A stretch of 20,000 bases of DNA from an uncultured virus (IMG/VR IMGVR_UViG_3300043427_002950) (IMGVR_UViG_3300043427_002950:107877-127876); one strand, 5' to 3'. Shown: positions 7,878 through 16,361, counted from the stretch's first letter. Notes: generated by a model not told the origin, from the letters alone. Made by a program: numbers and translations.

Positions 7878-9601
7878 TGGCAAAAGGCAAAAAAACCAAA
7901 GACGATTTAGGCAAAGAACTTATACAGTGCATGGCATTTGCACATTTTGCTGTTCAAAAATATAGATCATCAGATTCTGATGCTCATATGGAATCTTTTT
8001 ATAAACTTTTTGATCCAAATGAAAAGCCAAATAATTCTATAATAAATGAATATACTCAATATTTGGGTGAAAAATTTGATTTTGATAGATTATATGCAAA
8101 TTGGGGCAAAAAGGAAGGATCTAAAGACGTAAAAATAGTATATGATGTAGCAAAAAAATTCTATCTTTCAAATAATATCTCAAAAAACTTTTCGCAGTAT
8201 GAATTCTTGGATCAAAAAGATTCATTTATGATTACGATTAAAGATAAAGCACTTGATAAAATTATATTGGCACTAAAGTTACCTTTTAAAAGAGACATTT
8301 TATCCAGTGCTGACATTTATATTGTTAAAAAGCAATCGAAAAAAAATATTCGGAAAGAATTTGAGGATGAGATAATTAATAAAAATACCTTATACTTAAT
8401 CAATAATTTTGATATGTACAATAAGTTATTGATTAAGTATTGGAAATCTCACGATTTATTTGGAGTGTCATTAAAACTTCCAAGTGTCATAAGTGCAAGT
8501 AAAAATATTAAGATTGTTGGCGCAGAAGAAGATATTTTAAATAAAAAAATGCAAAAACAACTTGATCCGTACACCAAATTTATATCTCTTTTATCTGATA
8601 AAAATACTAATATTCGACAACTAATCGACGATACAATAGAGATTAGAAGTAAAAATTTAAAAAATGCATCTTGGGATTTTAATTTTAGATTTAATTATAA
8701 AAAGTTGGGATTATATCCAACCGATGTTGATTTTGTACTTAAATCTTGGACAAAAGCACAAACTGCTGGTGGCGGAGCAGCAGGTTTCAATGGTGGATTT
8801 GATAAAAGTGTCCCAGGATATTCTGATCAATGGGTTGGGGGAACAGGAATTGAAACATTGCAAACATTCCTATTTAAATACTCGGAATATAATAGAATAA
8901 TGGCAGAATTGTCTAATATTAGACAAAAGGCATTAAATTATACCTTAACTGGATCTGCAAACACAAGAGCAAATGTTAATCAACCATTACAAAATTCTAA
9001 AAGAGAAATTAGTTTTCCCATTGTTCCCAAAGAACCAAAGTTTAATAAGCAAGGAAAACTTACAAGATTTATTAAGAAGAAGGGAGAAATGAACGGAATA
9101 ACATATAAAACTGATGTTACAGGTGAAATGAAAGTTAAAAATTTGCAAAGTTTTTATTCAAGTGCTTTGAGAGAAATTAAATCTAAAAATTTCAATCTTG
9201 GTGTGAATAAAAATAAAAATCTTGACTTGTTTTTTATTGAATATGAAAAAGCAAATAATATTGCTGAAGGTGAATTGTGGAGAAGATATAAGATGGCTGT
9301 CATAAATTTGGCTACACAAACATCAATTGGAACTAAAATAAATCAATCTGATAGTATGCTTAATTCATTCTATGAGCACAGTCAGATTTCTTATTTTATG
9401 CTTCGTGGTGGACAGGACTTTTTAAAAAGAAAAATCTTCATGACAATATTTGGTGTTATTACTAAAAAGGGTTATCATATCATCAAAGATTCTGATCTTA
9501 CTTCAAGTAGACTTGAGGGAGCAATAAGAGCAATCGCATCTAAGAAATTATTAAGAGAAATAAAACAATTTGACACCGTACCACATTTCTACATGTCATA
9601 A
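7877..9601 (+). CDS. putative PD-(D/E)xK-fold nuclease-like protein (574 aa)
   Basis: N-terminal KELIQC, SADIYIV (ADI at 8309-8317) and GVSLK (8462-8476). It overlaps the previous gene by TAATG. Confidence 0.45.
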   Translation: MAKGKKTKDDLGKELIQCMAFAHFAVQKYRSSDSDAHMESFYKLFDPNEKPNNSIINEYTQYLGEKFDFDRLYANWGKKEGSKDVKIVYDVAKKFYLSNNISKNFSQYEFLDQKDSFMITIKDKALDKIILALKLPFKRDILSSADIYIVKKQSKKNIRKEFEDEIINKNTLYLINNFDMYNKLLIKYWKSHDLFGVSLKLPSVISASKNIKIVGAEEDILNKKMQKQLDPYTKFISLLSDKNTNIRQLIDDTIEIRSKNLKNASWDFNFRFNYKKLGLYPTDVDFVLKSWTKAQTAGGGAAGFNGGFDKSVPGYSDQWVGGTGIETLQTFLFKYSEYNRIMAELSNIRQKALNYTLTGSANTRANVNQPLQNSKREISFPIVPKEPKFNKQGKLTRFIKKKGEMNGITYKTDVTGEMKVKNLQSFYSSALREIKSKNFNLGVNKNKNLDLFFIEYEKANNIAEGELWRRYKMAVINLATQTSIGTKINQSDSMLNSFYEHSQISYFMLRGGQDFLKRKIFMTIFGVITKKGYHIIKDSDLTSSRLEGAIRAIASKKLLREIKQFDTVPHFYMS

Positions 9602-9604
9602 ATA
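9597..9604 (+). promoter_or_regulatory. possible late promoter variant CATAAATA
   Basis: NATAAATA at the gene end, overlapping the stop codon. Confidence 0.4.
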
Positions 9605-9627
9605 CTAAAAATTTATTTGACTTGTTA

Positions 9628-9684
9628 TGCCAGATAAAGAAGTGTCACAACACTCCTACAACCGATGGTCGAATCCACTATACT
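9628..9684 (+). promoter_or_regulatory. early promoter with 8-4-8 palindrome (copy 2)
   Basis: TGCCAGAT-AAAG-AAGTGTCA (9628-9647) and TATACT (9679-9684). No good -35. Confidence 0.7.
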
Positions 9685-9708
9685 ACAAGTATCAACACAT
9701 GAATTCTC

Positions 9709-9885
9709 ATGAACCCCTATCCTCTTGGTTTGGACAATCCTTACATCGTCCGAGCAGTGGTTGGAAGCAGTCGATGGGCAATCTATCGCAAAGAAAATTT
9801 TCAAAAAATAGCAACTTTTCCTAATCAATTTGTTGCATATGAGTGTCGTCGTGCTCTTTTAAGATTTGATGGGTATAATGCATGA
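9709..9885 (+). CDS. hypothetical protein (58 aa, MNPYPLGLDNPYIVR...)
   Basis: Hand-translated. It follows the promoter and its stop overlaps ATG 9882. Confidence 0.75.
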   Translation: MNPYPLGLDNPYIVRAVVGSSRWAIYRKENFQKIATFPNQFVAYECRRALLRFDGYNA

Positions 9886-10199
9886 AATTTACAGGAAAAA
9901 CCCTCGCAGAAGAAGAATGGAAGAAAATCTATGGTGATTGGCCATCAGATTCTGATTTTGCATGGCCTTTTTTCCGTGATGCTTTCGATGCTGGAAAAAA
10001 ATCCACAAAAACAGAAAACCAATCTTTTTATGAAATTTTAAGATCTAAATTTTTATTTTCATCTGAAATTGCTGATGATATTTTAAATGAATTTGATACA
10101 TGGTTATCCTCCATACAGACAACATCTCAATCTGATGATAGAATTTCAGTTTCATTAATTCGCAAAAAACTCAAAAAAATCAAAACTTATGATCCCTGA
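9882..10199 (+). CDS. hypothetical protein (105 aa)
   Basis: ORF track, ATGA-coupled. Confidence 0.75.
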   Translation: MKFTGKTLAEEEWKKIYGDWPSDSDFAWPFFRDAFDAGKKSTKTENQSFYEILRSKFLFSSEIADDILNEFDTWLSSIQTTSQSDDRISVSLIRKKLKKIKTYDP

Positions 10200-10398
10200 T
10201 TGGAACGTTCCAGAAAAAATTACAAGCATTACTATATCTCGTCTTCTCAGTGAATTGGAAGGTTGCTCTTATCTTCTTAAGAGGATGGAAGAGCATGAGG
10301 ATTTTGAAATGATTGAACTATTAAAAAACAAATATTATAAAATGTACTTTCAAATACACAAAATAGAAAAAAGTGATCAGTACCCATACCCCATATAA
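10189..10398 (+). CDS. hypothetical protein (69 aa)
   Basis: ORF track, part of the overlapping gene chain. Confidence 0.7.
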   Translation: MIPDWNVPEKITSITISRLLSELEGCSYLLKRMEEHEDFEMIELLKNKYYKMYFQIHKIEKSDQYPYPI

Positions 10399-10492
10399 AA
10401 CCGCAGATATCATTCGTGATACTTGGCCAAATCTTTATAGACCCACCAAAGATTATAAACCACCATCAAATTGGAGACCTAAACAATCATGA
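10373..10492 (+). CDS. tiny hypothetical protein (39 aa, ...TPYKTADIIRDTWPNLY...)
   Basis: GTG start, and the stop overlaps ATG 10489. The IIRDTWP motif is familiar from cyanophage micro-ORFs. Confidence 0.6.
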   Translation: MISTHTPYKTADIIRDTWPNLYRPTKDYKPPSNWRPKQS

Positions 10493-10644
10493 CAGTTCAA
10501 ACTTCTGGATATTTTGATGAAATCACTGGAATTTATGGAATTAACATTGCATTTGATGACAATCATGTAATTACATTGGATGGATTGAGCAAAGAAGATA
10601 TGCAAGAACTAAAATCATGCATTGAATGTATGTTGGTTGACTGA
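10489..10644 (+). CDS. hypothetical protein (51 aa, MTVQTSGYFDE...)
   Basis: Hand-translated. It ends before the next promoter. Confidence 0.65.
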   Translation: MTVQTSGYFDEITGIYGINIAFDDNHVITLDGLSKEDMQELKSCIECMLVD

Positions 10645-10658
10645 TAAGCATCCCTTAT

Positions 10659-10692
10659 ACCCCTTGACTCCTTGAGTCGGGGGTGTTATTCT
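10659..10692 (+). promoter_or_regulatory. sigma70-like promoter overlapping an inverted repeat
   Basis: TTGACT (10664-10669), 17-bp spacer, TATTCT (10687-10692) with extended TG. The inverted repeat is CCCTTGACTC-CTT-GAGTCGGGGG, and GAGGA precedes ATG 10717. Confidence 0.7.
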
Positions 10693-10716
10693 ATTATTAT
10701 CACTTGAGGACTCATC

Positions 10717-11541
10717 ATGACTCACGGCGCAAAACTTACACTCAAATACGATAGTAAATTTGAATATACTGGAACTTACTATGGTGATGATATTCTTCCA
10801 GAAGAGCATATCACTATGGAGATTCCTGCAGAAGATCTGAGTACAATGCAATTGTTCAGGTTCTTCAGTAATTTCCTTCGTTCCATTGGACACAATGAGT
10901 ATGGCATCATGAAAGGTGCCTGTAATCTTGCGTTTAATGAAATGAACAACGAAGATGACATGAAAAAACTTGCACATGAGTTTGATCTTGTCATGGAAGA
11001 ACATATCGACGCAAGAATCAAAGTATATGAAGAACTTGCAGAAAATTGGGAAAAACGATATTGGGATCTCCGACGTAACATGCAAAAGAAGCAAAACGAA
11101 GATTGTATGCCACCTTGGGGACATAGTGATATGGAAGCACTTCGTTATACTGATGAAGAGATTAATGCGATGTGCGATGCTGCAGAAGATAAGGAATCAT
11201 GCAAAGAAATGACCACCCGTGAGTTGGAATGGGCAAATAAACCACTTACATGTGATAAAGACGATAAATCTAAAGAATGTGAAGATGCATGGGGCAAATT
11301 TTGGAGTGATGACCATAGTAAAGCATTAACTTATGGTGAAATGGTTGCTGAAGGTTATGAAATGACAGCAGATGGATTTTGGGTTCCAGGTGACAACATG
11401 ATGACATGGAATGGTTTGATTCCTGGATCTAAAGAGGCAGTAAAAAAAGGATGTAAATGTCCAGTAATGGATAACGCAGAAATGCCAGATGATCGTAAAT
11501 GGGTCAATGGCGACTGTCCTCTTCATGGTAAATCAAAATGA
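10717..11541 (+). CDS. multi-module acidic protein with C-terminal Cys/His metal-binding motif
   Basis: C-terminal PGSKEAVKKGCKCPVMDN...WVNGDCPLHG (CxC...CxxH). Confidence 0.75.
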   Translation: MTHGAKLTLKYDSKFEYTGTYYGDDILPEEHITMEIPAEDLSTMQLFRFFSNFLRSIGHNEYGIMKGACNLAFNEMNNEDDMKKLAHEFDLVMEEHIDARIKVYEELAENWEKRYWDLRRNMQKKQNEDCMPPWGHSDMEALRYTDEEINAMCDAAEDKESCKEMTTRELEWANKPLTCDKDDKSKECEDAWGKFWSDDHSKALTYGEMVAEGYEMTADGFWVPGDNMMTWNGLIPGSKEAVKKGCKCPVMDNAEMPDDRKWVNGDCPLHGKSK

Positions 11542-11768
11542 AAAAACTAAAGTTTAGGGATCCATACAATCATCATCACGAATACACTAATGACATTGAT
11601 CGCATTGTCAAAGTGTTTGCCGATCGAGGATATGACATCTCCCATCAGGATGCAGTTCGTGCATGGGAATGTGTTTCAGAATCCTTATGTGCTGGATGGT
11701 TGTGCTTAGATTCAAGTGATGATGATGAAGTTTTTCGTGATGCATTCCGTTATTTTGAGGAAGTATGA
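11538..11768 (+). CDS. hypothetical protein (76 aa)
   Basis: ORF track, ATGA overlap. Confidence 0.8.
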   Translation: MKKLKFRDPYNHHHEYTNDIDRIVKVFADRGYDISHQDAVRAWECVSESLCAGWLCLDSSDDDEVFRDAFRYFEEV

Positions 11769-11974
11769 CTCAGTTCTTTACCGTAACATCTGATGCTCCT
11801 TATGATAGGCATCATTATATACTTCATTATACGAATGGGAAGCAAGTGAAGTATGAGGAGTATGATCTTGCCAGAAAGGCATGGATGGATTATGATAAAA
11901 GGTATGTTGATTACATTGAAGTGATTGATATTCCTAAAAAGAAGTCAAAGTCCAGTAAAGGGGGATTTGCATGA
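11765..11974 (+). CDS. hypothetical protein (69 aa, YDRHHY motif)
   Basis: ORF track, ATGA overlap. Confidence 0.8.
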   Translation: MTQFFTVTSDAPYDRHHYILHYTNGKQVKYEEYDLARKAWMDYDKRYVDYIEVIDIPKKKSKSSKGGFA

Positions 11975-12108
11975 TTAAGATGTTTATTATGAGTCAATTG
12001 TTGATCATTACATTTTTTGTTGGTGCTGCAGTTGGAGTTGCTGGAACTATCACCGTATATAATAATACCAATATCTTGAAAATAGTCGGAGGGTTTCAAT
12101 CACAATGA
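11971..12108 (+). CDS. small membrane protein (45 aa)
   Basis: Hand-translated as MIKMFIMSQLLIITFFVGAAVGVAGTITVY..., with ATGA overlaps at both ends. Confidence 0.65.
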   Translation: MIKMFIMSQLLIITFFVGAAVGVAGTITVYNNTNILKIVGGFQSQ

Positions 12109-12299
12109 ATAGATATTACATGCAAGAACAATTTGATGAATGGTTCTATGAACTTGAAGGTTATTCATTTAGGTCGGAAAGATTGATCGATGACTTGTAT
12201 TATGCTGCAGATACGAAGGATGTTTCTACGATAATCACTTGGATAAAAGCAGCATTTGAAGAAGGATACAAAGCGGGAATTAAAGATGATAAACTTTGA
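12105..12299 (+). CDS. hypothetical protein (64 aa)
   Basis: ORF track. Contains FDEWFYELEGYSFRSER and WIKAAFEEG. Confidence 0.8.
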   Translation: MNRYYMQEQFDEWFYELEGYSFRSERLIDDLYYAADTKDVSTIITWIKAAFEEGYKAGIKDDKL

Positions 12300-12894
12300 A
12301 AAATTGGCACAAGTGCCATACATGGCAGATTACTCCAAGAATGACATGTTTAAAGCATATGTTGCCAAGTGGGAGTCAATTTGGAGAAGGCAATCTGAGA
12401 CTGGCAAACAACATGCTGCCCTGATTCGTGCAATTGAATGCACTAATGGATGCATTCAATATGCCTACAGAGATGGAGTTACCAATCTAACATTGGAACA
12501 GACACGCGAATGCATGAAACTGTCTATGAGTGCTATTAAAAACAAGCAAATTACGTTGAAAAATGGGGAGACAATCGGATTTGATCCGACTATCCATGAT
12601 ATTTTGGACGAAACCAGAGACATTTATATTGCTGGATTTAAGCATGGAGACGATGAGAAACTGATGGAGTTTTATGCTCAATCGGTTGCTATTTTTTATG
12701 TTCTTGGCAGAGATCGTATTGATGATGCATTTCAAATGGTAGTCGATAACTTTGCTGACGTGTTTACTCTACCTTGGATAGACAGGGGTAGGTCTTATGT
12801 TTATAAATATGTCAACGCTATTGAGCCAGCAACTCACACAAATGAAAATAGCATAAATCCATACATTGACTTAATCCTCGGAGGCATCATATGA
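12286..12894 (+). CDS. hypothetical alpha-helical protein (202 aa)
   Basis: ORF-track frame, with the likely start at ATG 12286. Confidence 0.8.
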   Translation: MINFEKLAQVPYMADYSKNDMFKAYVAKWESIWRRQSETGKQHAALIRAIECTNGCIQYAYRDGVTNLTLEQTRECMKLSMSAIKNKQITLKNGETIGFDPTIHDILDETRDIYIAGFKHGDDEKLMEFYAQSVAIFYVLGRDRIDDAFQMVVDNFADVFTLPWIDRGRSYVYKYVNAIEPATHTNENSINPYIDLILGGII

Positions 12895-13523
12895 TCTGTC
12901 ATCATTATAAATGTATTTTTATTCACGTTCAAAGAACGGGTGGAACAACCATAGAAAGATGGTTACAGGGAGAAGATCAATGGAATATTCGTCATAATAC
13001 AAAGCATATTACGACTGGTTATGCTAGAGATAGGGCATATCCTGAATATTTCAATGATTACTTTAAATTTGCTTTTGTGAGAAATCCATATGAGCATATA
13101 ATGTCACAGATTATCATTGCAGATTCCTATCAAAATAGACATTTTGGACCAAATAGAGAAACACCAGATGAAAGTTATCTGAGATTTAATTATAATGAAT
13201 ATATTAATGTTCATTGTGTTGGAGGTGCTCATATTAATGATTATCATGATGAATGGAATAACCTAATTCCAAATTCAATATATCAAAATATTTTTGCTGC
13301 TGGAATTGATAAAGTTTATAAATTTGAAGAGTATGATGATGCAATTGATGACATTGCATCAATTTTGGGAATTGAATCACCATCTGGAAAATTGCAGAAA
13401 CATGGTGCAAGACCTGAAGATTATCCACAAGTTGATCAATTAAAACCAAAAGATTTTGAAATGATAAATGAATTATATGGAGCAGACTTTGAAAAATATG
13501 GATATGACAAACGATTTGTATGA
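12891..13523 (+). CDS. sulfotransferase family 2-like protein
   Basis: 5'-PSB-like FIHVQRTGGTTI, 3'-PB-like FKFAFVRNPY, then YKFE and C-terminal LYGADFEKYGY. Confidence 0.8.
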   Translation: MICHHYKCIFIHVQRTGGTTIERWLQGEDQWNIRHNTKHITTGYARDRAYPEYFNDYFKFAFVRNPYEHIMSQIIIADSYQNRHFGPNRETPDESYLRFNYNEYINVHCVGGAHINDYHDEWNNLIPNSIYQNIFAAGIDKVYKFEEYDDAIDDIASILGIESPSGKLQKHGARPEDYPQVDQLKPKDFEMINELYGADFEKYGYDKRFV

Positions 13524-13692
13524 GTGGTTTTGTGGTCAGTGTAATGCTGCTTCAAATCAAATAAAAACTGATGAAGATCGTGAAAGGGCTCAAAAACTTA
13601 TTCTTTCTTCATTCGTAAAAAAAATTGCAGACATTGCGATGAATGATGGATTAGATTCACTATTGATGTTGTCTAAAGAGATTGAAAGTTAA
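13504..13692 (+). CDS. hypothetical protein (62 aa)
   Basis: ORF-track frame, with the likely start at ATG 13504. Confidence 0.6.
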   Translation: MTNDLYEWFCGQCNAASNQIKTDEDRERAQKLILSSFVKKIADIAMNDGLDSLLMLSKEIES

Positions 13693-13860
13693 ATGGAAAA
13701 CTACAATAAAGTTACCAGATTTGAAGTCATTGATCGGTTTGGAAGATCCTATTCCAATTGGAATGTTGAAGATGTTAGTTTTTCTCTTCAAGATAATGGA
13801 AAAACACTTAAAGTTTTTCTGAAGGATACTACAAGATACAACTATGAATGTGATATATAA
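13693..13860 (+). CDS. conserved small phage protein (55 aa)
   Basis: Hand-translated. KVTRFEVID..GR.Y and SLQDNGKTLKVF are recognisable motifs. Confidence 0.75.
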   Translation: MENYNKVTRFEVIDRFGRSYSNWNVEDVSFSLQDNGKTLKVFLKDTTRYNYECDI

Positions 13861-13921
13861 ATATGCCAGATTCAGAAGTGTCACAAGATACCTTGTGGTG
13901 CGATAAAACTCTGAATACTAT
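13856..13921 (+). promoter_or_regulatory. late promoter TATAAATA abutting palindrome copy 3 and an early promoter
   Basis: TATAAATA (13856-13863), TGCCAGAT-TCAG-AAGTGTCA (13864-13883), TACTAT (13916-13921). Confidence 0.7.
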
Positions 13922-13943
13922 GATCAACTACAAGATCAAAACA

Positions 13944-14177
13944 ATGAAAGTCCCGAATTGGCAACACCACTCCCGCAAGGAGCAGAAACGGAAACTTAAA
14001 CCACAGGCACTGCGACAAGCAAAGGCCCGACTGAGCCACTTCAAAAAGCGGCACATGACCTCCCCGAAACGGGAGGTTTTTTCGTATATTGGATTCAGTT
14101 CAAACAAACCGCACCCATGTCTGTCAACTACGAAGTCAAAGGTGGAATTGCCCGTGTGCTTGCCACAGAGAACCTGA
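13944..14177 (+). CDS. small basic protein (MKVPNWQHHSRKEQKRKLKPQALRQAKAR...) whose frame crosses a terminator
   Basis: ATG 13944 follows the promoter. No stop occurs before the hairpin/U-tract at 14057-14082, and the first stop is at 14175-14177. Confidence 0.7.
   Translation: MKVPNWQHHSRKEQKRKLKPQALRQAKARLSHFKKRHMTSPKREVFSYIGFSSNKPHPCLSTTKSKVELPVCLPQRT
14057..14082 (+). terminator. intrinsic terminator-like hairpin
   Basis: GACCTCCC-CGAAAC-GGGAGG followed by T6, with TATATT (14085-14090) just after. Confidence 0.8.
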
Positions 14178-16303
14178 TCGTGGAGCACAAGCAATGTGAC
14201 ACCGCACAATTTAACGTTCAAACCCGTGTCCTGACTCTTCCCATGTGGGGAAAAGCAACTGATGAAGTGTTCGACCTTCTGGTTGCACACGAAGTTGGTC
14301 ATGCTCTCTACACTCCTAACATCGACTGGACGGAAACCCATAAGATTCCTCCTCAGTTTGTGAATGTGACTGAAGATGCTCGCATTGAGAAACTGATGAA
14401 ACGTCGTTATGGTGGTCTTCCAAAGACCTTCTTCAAAGGATACCAGCAAATGCAGGATGATGATTTCTTCTGCCTTGAGAATGAAGATATTTCCAAGATG
14501 AATCTTGCAGATCGTGCCAACCTGCACTTCAAGATCGGCAACTTTGTTGATATTTCCTTCACTCCCGAAGAAGATGTCATCATTGATATGATTGATAAAG
14601 CAGAATCTTTTGATGATGCTCTGAATGCTGCACAGGCACTCTATGATTATTGCAAACAGAAAAACCCTACTCCTCTGGATATATCCATTCAGGCGGACTA
14701 CACTGAACAAGGTAGTGGTGGTGGTTCTCTGGAAGAACAACCTCCCAGTGATGCTGGTCAACAGCAACCAAAGGATGAAGGTAAATCTGAAGAATCGCAA
14801 GAATCTGAAGAATCCCAGGCACATCCTTCTGCAGATTCCGATCAACCTTCCACTTCTGGTGAGAATGTGAAAGGTGCTGGAAACGATCCAAAGCAACCAG
14901 TTGATGAAGAGCCCAAGGTTCGCACTGATGATATGCTTAAGAATAATCTTCGTGATCTTATCAATAAGAGCGCAAAGGATGCAGTGTATCTTGAGTTTCC
15001 GAATGTCAATCTGAAGAATCATGTAGTGGATACCAAGGATGTTCACAAGTTGATTGAATCTCACTTCAAAGCACAAGAACCTTCTACAAGTTATCTTTAT
15101 CCTACTCCATTCAATGCTCCAGATTCTGAGTATCAAAAATACAAGACAGAATCTGTGAAGGAAGTCAACTATCTGGTGAAAGAGTTTGAATGCCGCAAGG
15201 CAGCAGATTCTTATGCCCGTGCCACAACTGCTCGCACTGGTATTCTTGACTGCACCAAACTGCATACCTACAAGTACAATGAGGATCTGTTCAAGAAAGT
15301 AACAACCATTCCTGATGGTAAGAACCATGGTTTGGTGTTCATTTTGGATTGGTCTGGTTCGATGAGTAAAGTGATGCTTCAAACTCTGAAGCAACTTTAC
15401 AATCTCATCTCTTTCTGCAAGAAGTGTGGTATTCCTTTTGATGTTTATGCTTTCACCAACAACTGGTCTGAAACTGCTTCTTCCATGGAACCAGAAAACA
15501 AAAATTACCAGATGAGGTTGGATCCCACCTTCAGTTTGATGAATTTCTTCTCCAGTAAGACATCATCGCGTGAACTTGAGAAGCAAATGCTTAACATCTG
15601 GAGGGTTGCATACAATTTCGATCACTGGACTTGTTATGGTATTCCTTCTTCTATGCATCTGTCTGGAACTCCTTTGAATGAAACTATGATGTGTCTGAAA
15701 GAAATTCTTCCCCAGTTCCAGAAGAAGAACAATGTTCAAAAGGTTCATTGTATTCTTCTGACTGATGGTGAAGGTAATCCCCTTCAGTATTCCGTTCACA
15801 TTAAAAAAGATTGGATTGATCCAGATACCAATAGCAAGTTTGGTTATTGGGGCGTGAGGAGTATTTTCTATAGTGACAATCAGCACTATGTTCGTAATCG
15901 TGCCACTGGAAAAGTTTACAAGATCAGGAACAATGCCTATCTTGCTCAAGATACTCTTCTGGAAGCTCTCCAGGATGAGTTTGTGAATGTCAATTTCATT
16001 GGTATTCGTATTCTTGAGAACGGATTTGATGCTGGAAAGTTCATGGATTACTATGTGAATTTTGGTGAAAAGACCAAACTCATGACTGATTGGAAGAAAG
16101 AGAAGTCATTCTCCATTTCCGATTCTCCTTACAGTAAATACTTTGGTATTGCAATGGCAGGTATGGATAATCAAACTGATTATCTTTCGCAACTTGAGGA
16201 GAATGCAACCAAGATTCAGATTCGTAATGCAATGAAGAAGACCTTGACATCCAAGAAGATGAACAAGAAGATCCTCAACGAATTTGTCCAACTGATTGCC
16301 TGA
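14117..16303 (+). CDS. HExxH metallopeptidase-like domain plus VWA domain protein (CobT-like partner)
   Basis: HEVGH and NVTEDARIE, a long acidic linker, MIDAS motif FILDWSGSM, then GTPL and LLTDGE. It is adjacent to a MoxR-type AAA+ gene. Confidence 0.9.
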   Translation: MSVNYEVKGGIARVLATENLIVEHKQCDTAQFNVQTRVLTLPMWGKATDEVFDLLVAHEVGHALYTPNIDWTETHKIPPQFVNVTEDARIEKLMKRRYGGLPKTFFKGYQQMQDDDFFCLENEDISKMNLADRANLHFKIGNFVDISFTPEEDVIIDMIDKAESFDDALNAAQALYDYCKQKNPTPLDISIQADYTEQGSGGGSLEEQPPSDAGQQQPKDEGKSEESQESEESQAHPSADSDQPSTSGENVKGAGNDPKQPVDEEPKVRTDDMLKNNLRDLINKSAKDAVYLEFPNVNLKNHVVDTKDVHKLIESHFKAQEPSTSYLYPTPFNAPDSEYQKYKTESVKEVNYLVKEFECRKAADSYARATTARTGILDCTKLHTYKYNEDLFKKVTTIPDGKNHGLVFILDWSGSMSKVMLQTLKQLYNLISFCKKCGIPFDVYAFTNNWSETASSMEPENKNYQMRLDPTFSLMNFFSSKTSSRELEKQMLNIWRVAYNFDHWTCYGIPSSMHLSGTPLNETMMCLKEILPQFQKKNNVQKVHCILLTDGEGNPLQYSVHIKKDWIDPDTNSKFGYWGVRSIFYSDNQHYVRNRATGKVYKIRNNAYLAQDTLLEALQDEFVNVNFIGIRILENGFDAGKFMDYYVNFGEKTKLMTDWKKEKSFSISDSPYSKYFGIAMAGMDNQTDYLSQLEENATKIQIRNAMKKTLTSKKMNKKILNEFVQLIA

Positions 16304-16304
16304 T

Positions 16305-16361
16305 GGACAGTTGGGCAAGTGTCCACTGCGGACCTTGCCCACCCCACCTTTGCCCTATACT
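16305..16361 (+). promoter_or_regulatory. early promoter with 8-4-8 palindrome (copy 4)
   Basis: GGACAGTT-GGGC-AAGTGTCC (16305-16324) and TATACT (16356-16361). Confidence 0.75.

Noticed and set aside
9627..9824. ORF-track protein MPDKEVSQ, similar at its start to MPDSEVSQ at 13863
   Set aside because: The similarity is just translation of the regulatory palindrome. The better-supported genes start at 9709 and 13944.
14640..14930. Low-complexity acidic stretch in the VWA gene as an intein or insertion
   Set aside because: There are no intein terminal motifs, and an acidic linker is usual for CobT-like proteins.
13928..15394. 488-aa minus-strand ORF
   Set aside because: It is the antisense shadow of the well-supported VWA gene, with no motifs, promoter or RBS. 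Codon bias on the + strand can explain the lack of stops.
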